Part shown: positions 8,934 to 10,985 of the stretch, in pieces
Numbering within the stretch: the first letter of the stretch is position 1
How the letters are laid out: every line of letters begins with the position of its first letter
DNA from: Octopus sinensis
Taxonomy: Eukaryota
NCBI RefSeq assembly: GCF_006345805.1
Contig: NW_021827129.1
Coordinates: 1-10,985, forward strand
Length of the DNA: 10,985 nt
Direction: 5' to 3'
Notes under the pieces: model-generated
Database searches by the model: none
What the model saw: only the letters and a program-made list of their open reading frames with translations
What the model was told of the DNA's origin: nothing
Position numbers and translations under genes: made by a program

Positions 8934-9160
8934 TTGTTATATTTCGGAATGGTCATTTTGCCAGTTTAGCCAATAAACACACGCACTGTATATTTGGTGT
9001 TATTTTGCTTCAGTGTTATTTTTTTTTACATAATCTTAATCTTATTTCGGCCAGAGTTCTTTCGTCACACTCCTGTGATCACATCAGTGTCCTTTGTTTT
9101 CTTCTTTCTTATTTGTGTCTCTCCTTACTAACCGCAGCCATTTTGTATTTCTAATGTATG
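8934..9160 (-). mobile_element. Possible Penelope-like terminal-repeat fragment carrying a minimal hammerhead-like motif (9049-9092)
   Basis: Minus strand reads GGACA-CTGATGT-GA-TCACA-GGAG-TGTGA-C-GAAA-GAAC-TC-TGGCC. It is a non-microsatellite island between TA tracts. Boundaries are approximate. Confidence 0.5.
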
Positions 9161-9277
9161 TCTTCATTTGCGCATGCTTATATCTCTATGTGCGTCTATG
9201 TTTATTTAGTGTGTGTATGTGGGGGGATGTCTGTAATATTTGTATCTTCTGTTATATATGTTCATGTATAAAAATAA

Positions 9278-9279
9278 AT

Positions 9280-9334
<55 letters not shown>

Positions 9335-9346
9335 CACACACACACA
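9278..9346. repeat. (TA)n(CA)n microsatellite
   Basis: Direct reading. Confidence 0.9.
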
Positions 9347-9469
9347 TAATCATGTGGAGTGGATGGGTATGTGTCGATAAATATGCTTTTCCTGACATAT
9401 TGTGTTCGTCCGTAATGATAAACGTGTATGATTGCGTGTTTATGAAAGCATACTTATAATGATGCAAAT

Positions 9470-9472
<3 letters not shown>

Positions 9473-9505
<33 letters not shown>

Positions 9506-9516
9506 CTCTCTCTCTC
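9473..9516. repeat. (CA)n(CT)n microsatellite
   Basis: Direct reading. Confidence 0.9.
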
Positions 9517-9972
9517 CCTTTCTCCTTCACACACCGACATACATTTTTTTTTTCATGTCAAGATATGCATAAACTCAATTTAACACTGAAATGAAAGATT
9601 ATTCAATACATTTAAGCGCAGAGAACAAACTTTAAAAAGAAAAAAAAGCTGATAGAGACTTCGAAATAAAACAGGAATTAAAATAGAAGGGAAAACGAAC
9701 GACTACAGAAATGAAAAGAGACTGTAAAAGCGTGAAAAAGTGAAAGCAAAGAGAACGAAAGATGCAAACTAAATGGGAAAATAGTTTTTTTTACAACAGA
9801 ATGAATGGAAAATATGACCCAACCGTGTGGAAAGGAAGTGCGTTGTAGAAAATCATTGATGCTGTGTCTGTTTGCTTTTGTTGTTTTAGTTGCAAGTCAT
9901 TTTTGATCCAGATGATGAAGGATATTTCAACTGCAACCATCCCATCTGTTTGTTTTTTTTTTTTTCGGAAAT

Positions 9973-10207
9973 AGGCGCAGGAGTGGCTGTGTGGTAAGTA
10001 GCTTGCTAACCAACCACATGGTTCCGTGTTCAGTCCCACTGCGTGGCATCTTGAGCAAGTGTCTTCTGCTATAGCCCCGGGCCGACCAATGCCTTGTGAG
10101 TGGATTTGGTAGACGGAAACTGAAAGAAGCCTGTCGTGTATATATATGTATATGTATGTATGTGTATGTGTTTGTGTGTCTGTGTTTGTACCCCTAGCAT
10201 TGCTTGA
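9973..10207 (+). mobile_element. tRNA-derived SINE family A, copy 4 (3'-truncated)
   Basis: Intact head and internal microsatellite. Homology to the other copies stops abruptly after CTAGCATTGCTTGA (10207). Confidence 0.9.
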
Positions 10208-10403
10208 AATTAGTAAAGCTAGGAATTGTATAGATAAACTATGTATGTTATGGATAAAATATCAGGAAAAGTGTTATTGCTATGTCTTGTTGCAATGAAT
10301 TTTCCATTTATGTTGATAGCAGAGATGAACGAAGAAAGAAGCATGTTTATGATAGAGTTATATAATAAAAAAAAACAATAACATGATATAGAAAGAAATA
10401 CAT

Positions 10404-10813
10404 AGGCGTAGGAGTGGCTGTGTGGTAAGTAGCTTGCTTACGAACCACATGGTCCCGGGTTCAGTCCCACTGCGCGGCACCTTGGGCAAGTGTCTTCTAC
10501 TGTAGCCTCGGGCCGACCAAAACCTTGTGAGTGGGTTTGGTAGATGGAAACTGAAAGAAGCCCGTCTTATATATGTATATATATGTATGTGTGTGTGTCT
10601 GTGTTTGTGTGTCTGTGTTTGTCCTACCAACATCGCTTGACAACCGATGCTGGTGTGTTTACATCCCCGTCACTTAGCGGTTCGGCAAAAGAGACCGATA
10701 GAATAAGTACTAGGCTTACAAAGAATAAGTCCTGGGGTCGATTTGCTCGACTAAAGGCGGTGCTCCAGCATGGCCGCAGTCATATGACTGAAACAAGTAA
10801 AAGAGTAAAAGAG
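10404..10813 (+). mobile_element. tRNA-derived SINE family A, copy 5 (full length)
   Basis: AGGCGTAGGAGTGGCTGTGTGGTAAG head, GGTTCAGTCCC B-box-like motif, CCTTGGGCAAGTG CORE-like motif, internal microsatellite, tail GAAACAAGTAAAAGAGTAAAAGAG. Confidence 0.92.
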
Positions 10814-10985
10814 GTGTATAAATAAATAACGAAAATCATTTGGTTACATGAAACAAATATTATGGGAGAAATATTATACTAGAGGGCAGGAACATTGAAA
10901 ACCTAATGTGTTAGAGCAGGAATGAAATGTGAAAGGAAAGAGAAAAAGATAGATCATTATTTATGGAACAAGATAAAGTAAAAAT

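Overview
AT-rich, repeat-dense eukaryotic non-coding DNA (intronic or intergenic) with no intact protein-coding gene. Many listed ORFs are translations of (TA)n/(CA)n microsatellites or SINEs. The repeat content resembles an octopus/coleoid cephalopod genome, which is an inference from recalled repeat families and not a search result. Contents: (i) a decayed 3' end of a restriction-like-endonuclease non-LTR retrotransposon (R4/Dong-like, ~230-553); (ii) five copies of one tRNA-derived, CORE-like SINE with an internal microsatellite; (iii) four copies from other tRNA-SINE families, one with a clean 17-bp target-site duplication; (iv) an internally deleted, pseudogenised Tc1/mariner DD37D (maT-type) transposon (~4657-5597), whose right end starts a 4-unit, ~200-bp tandem array; (v) a 44-bp-arm hairpin; (vi) two degenerate hammerhead-ribozyme-like motifs of the kind carried by Penelope-like elements. 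The most notable signals are the hammerhead-like relics, the transposon-end-seeded tandem array, the strand-biased hairpin and the inverted SINE pairs.
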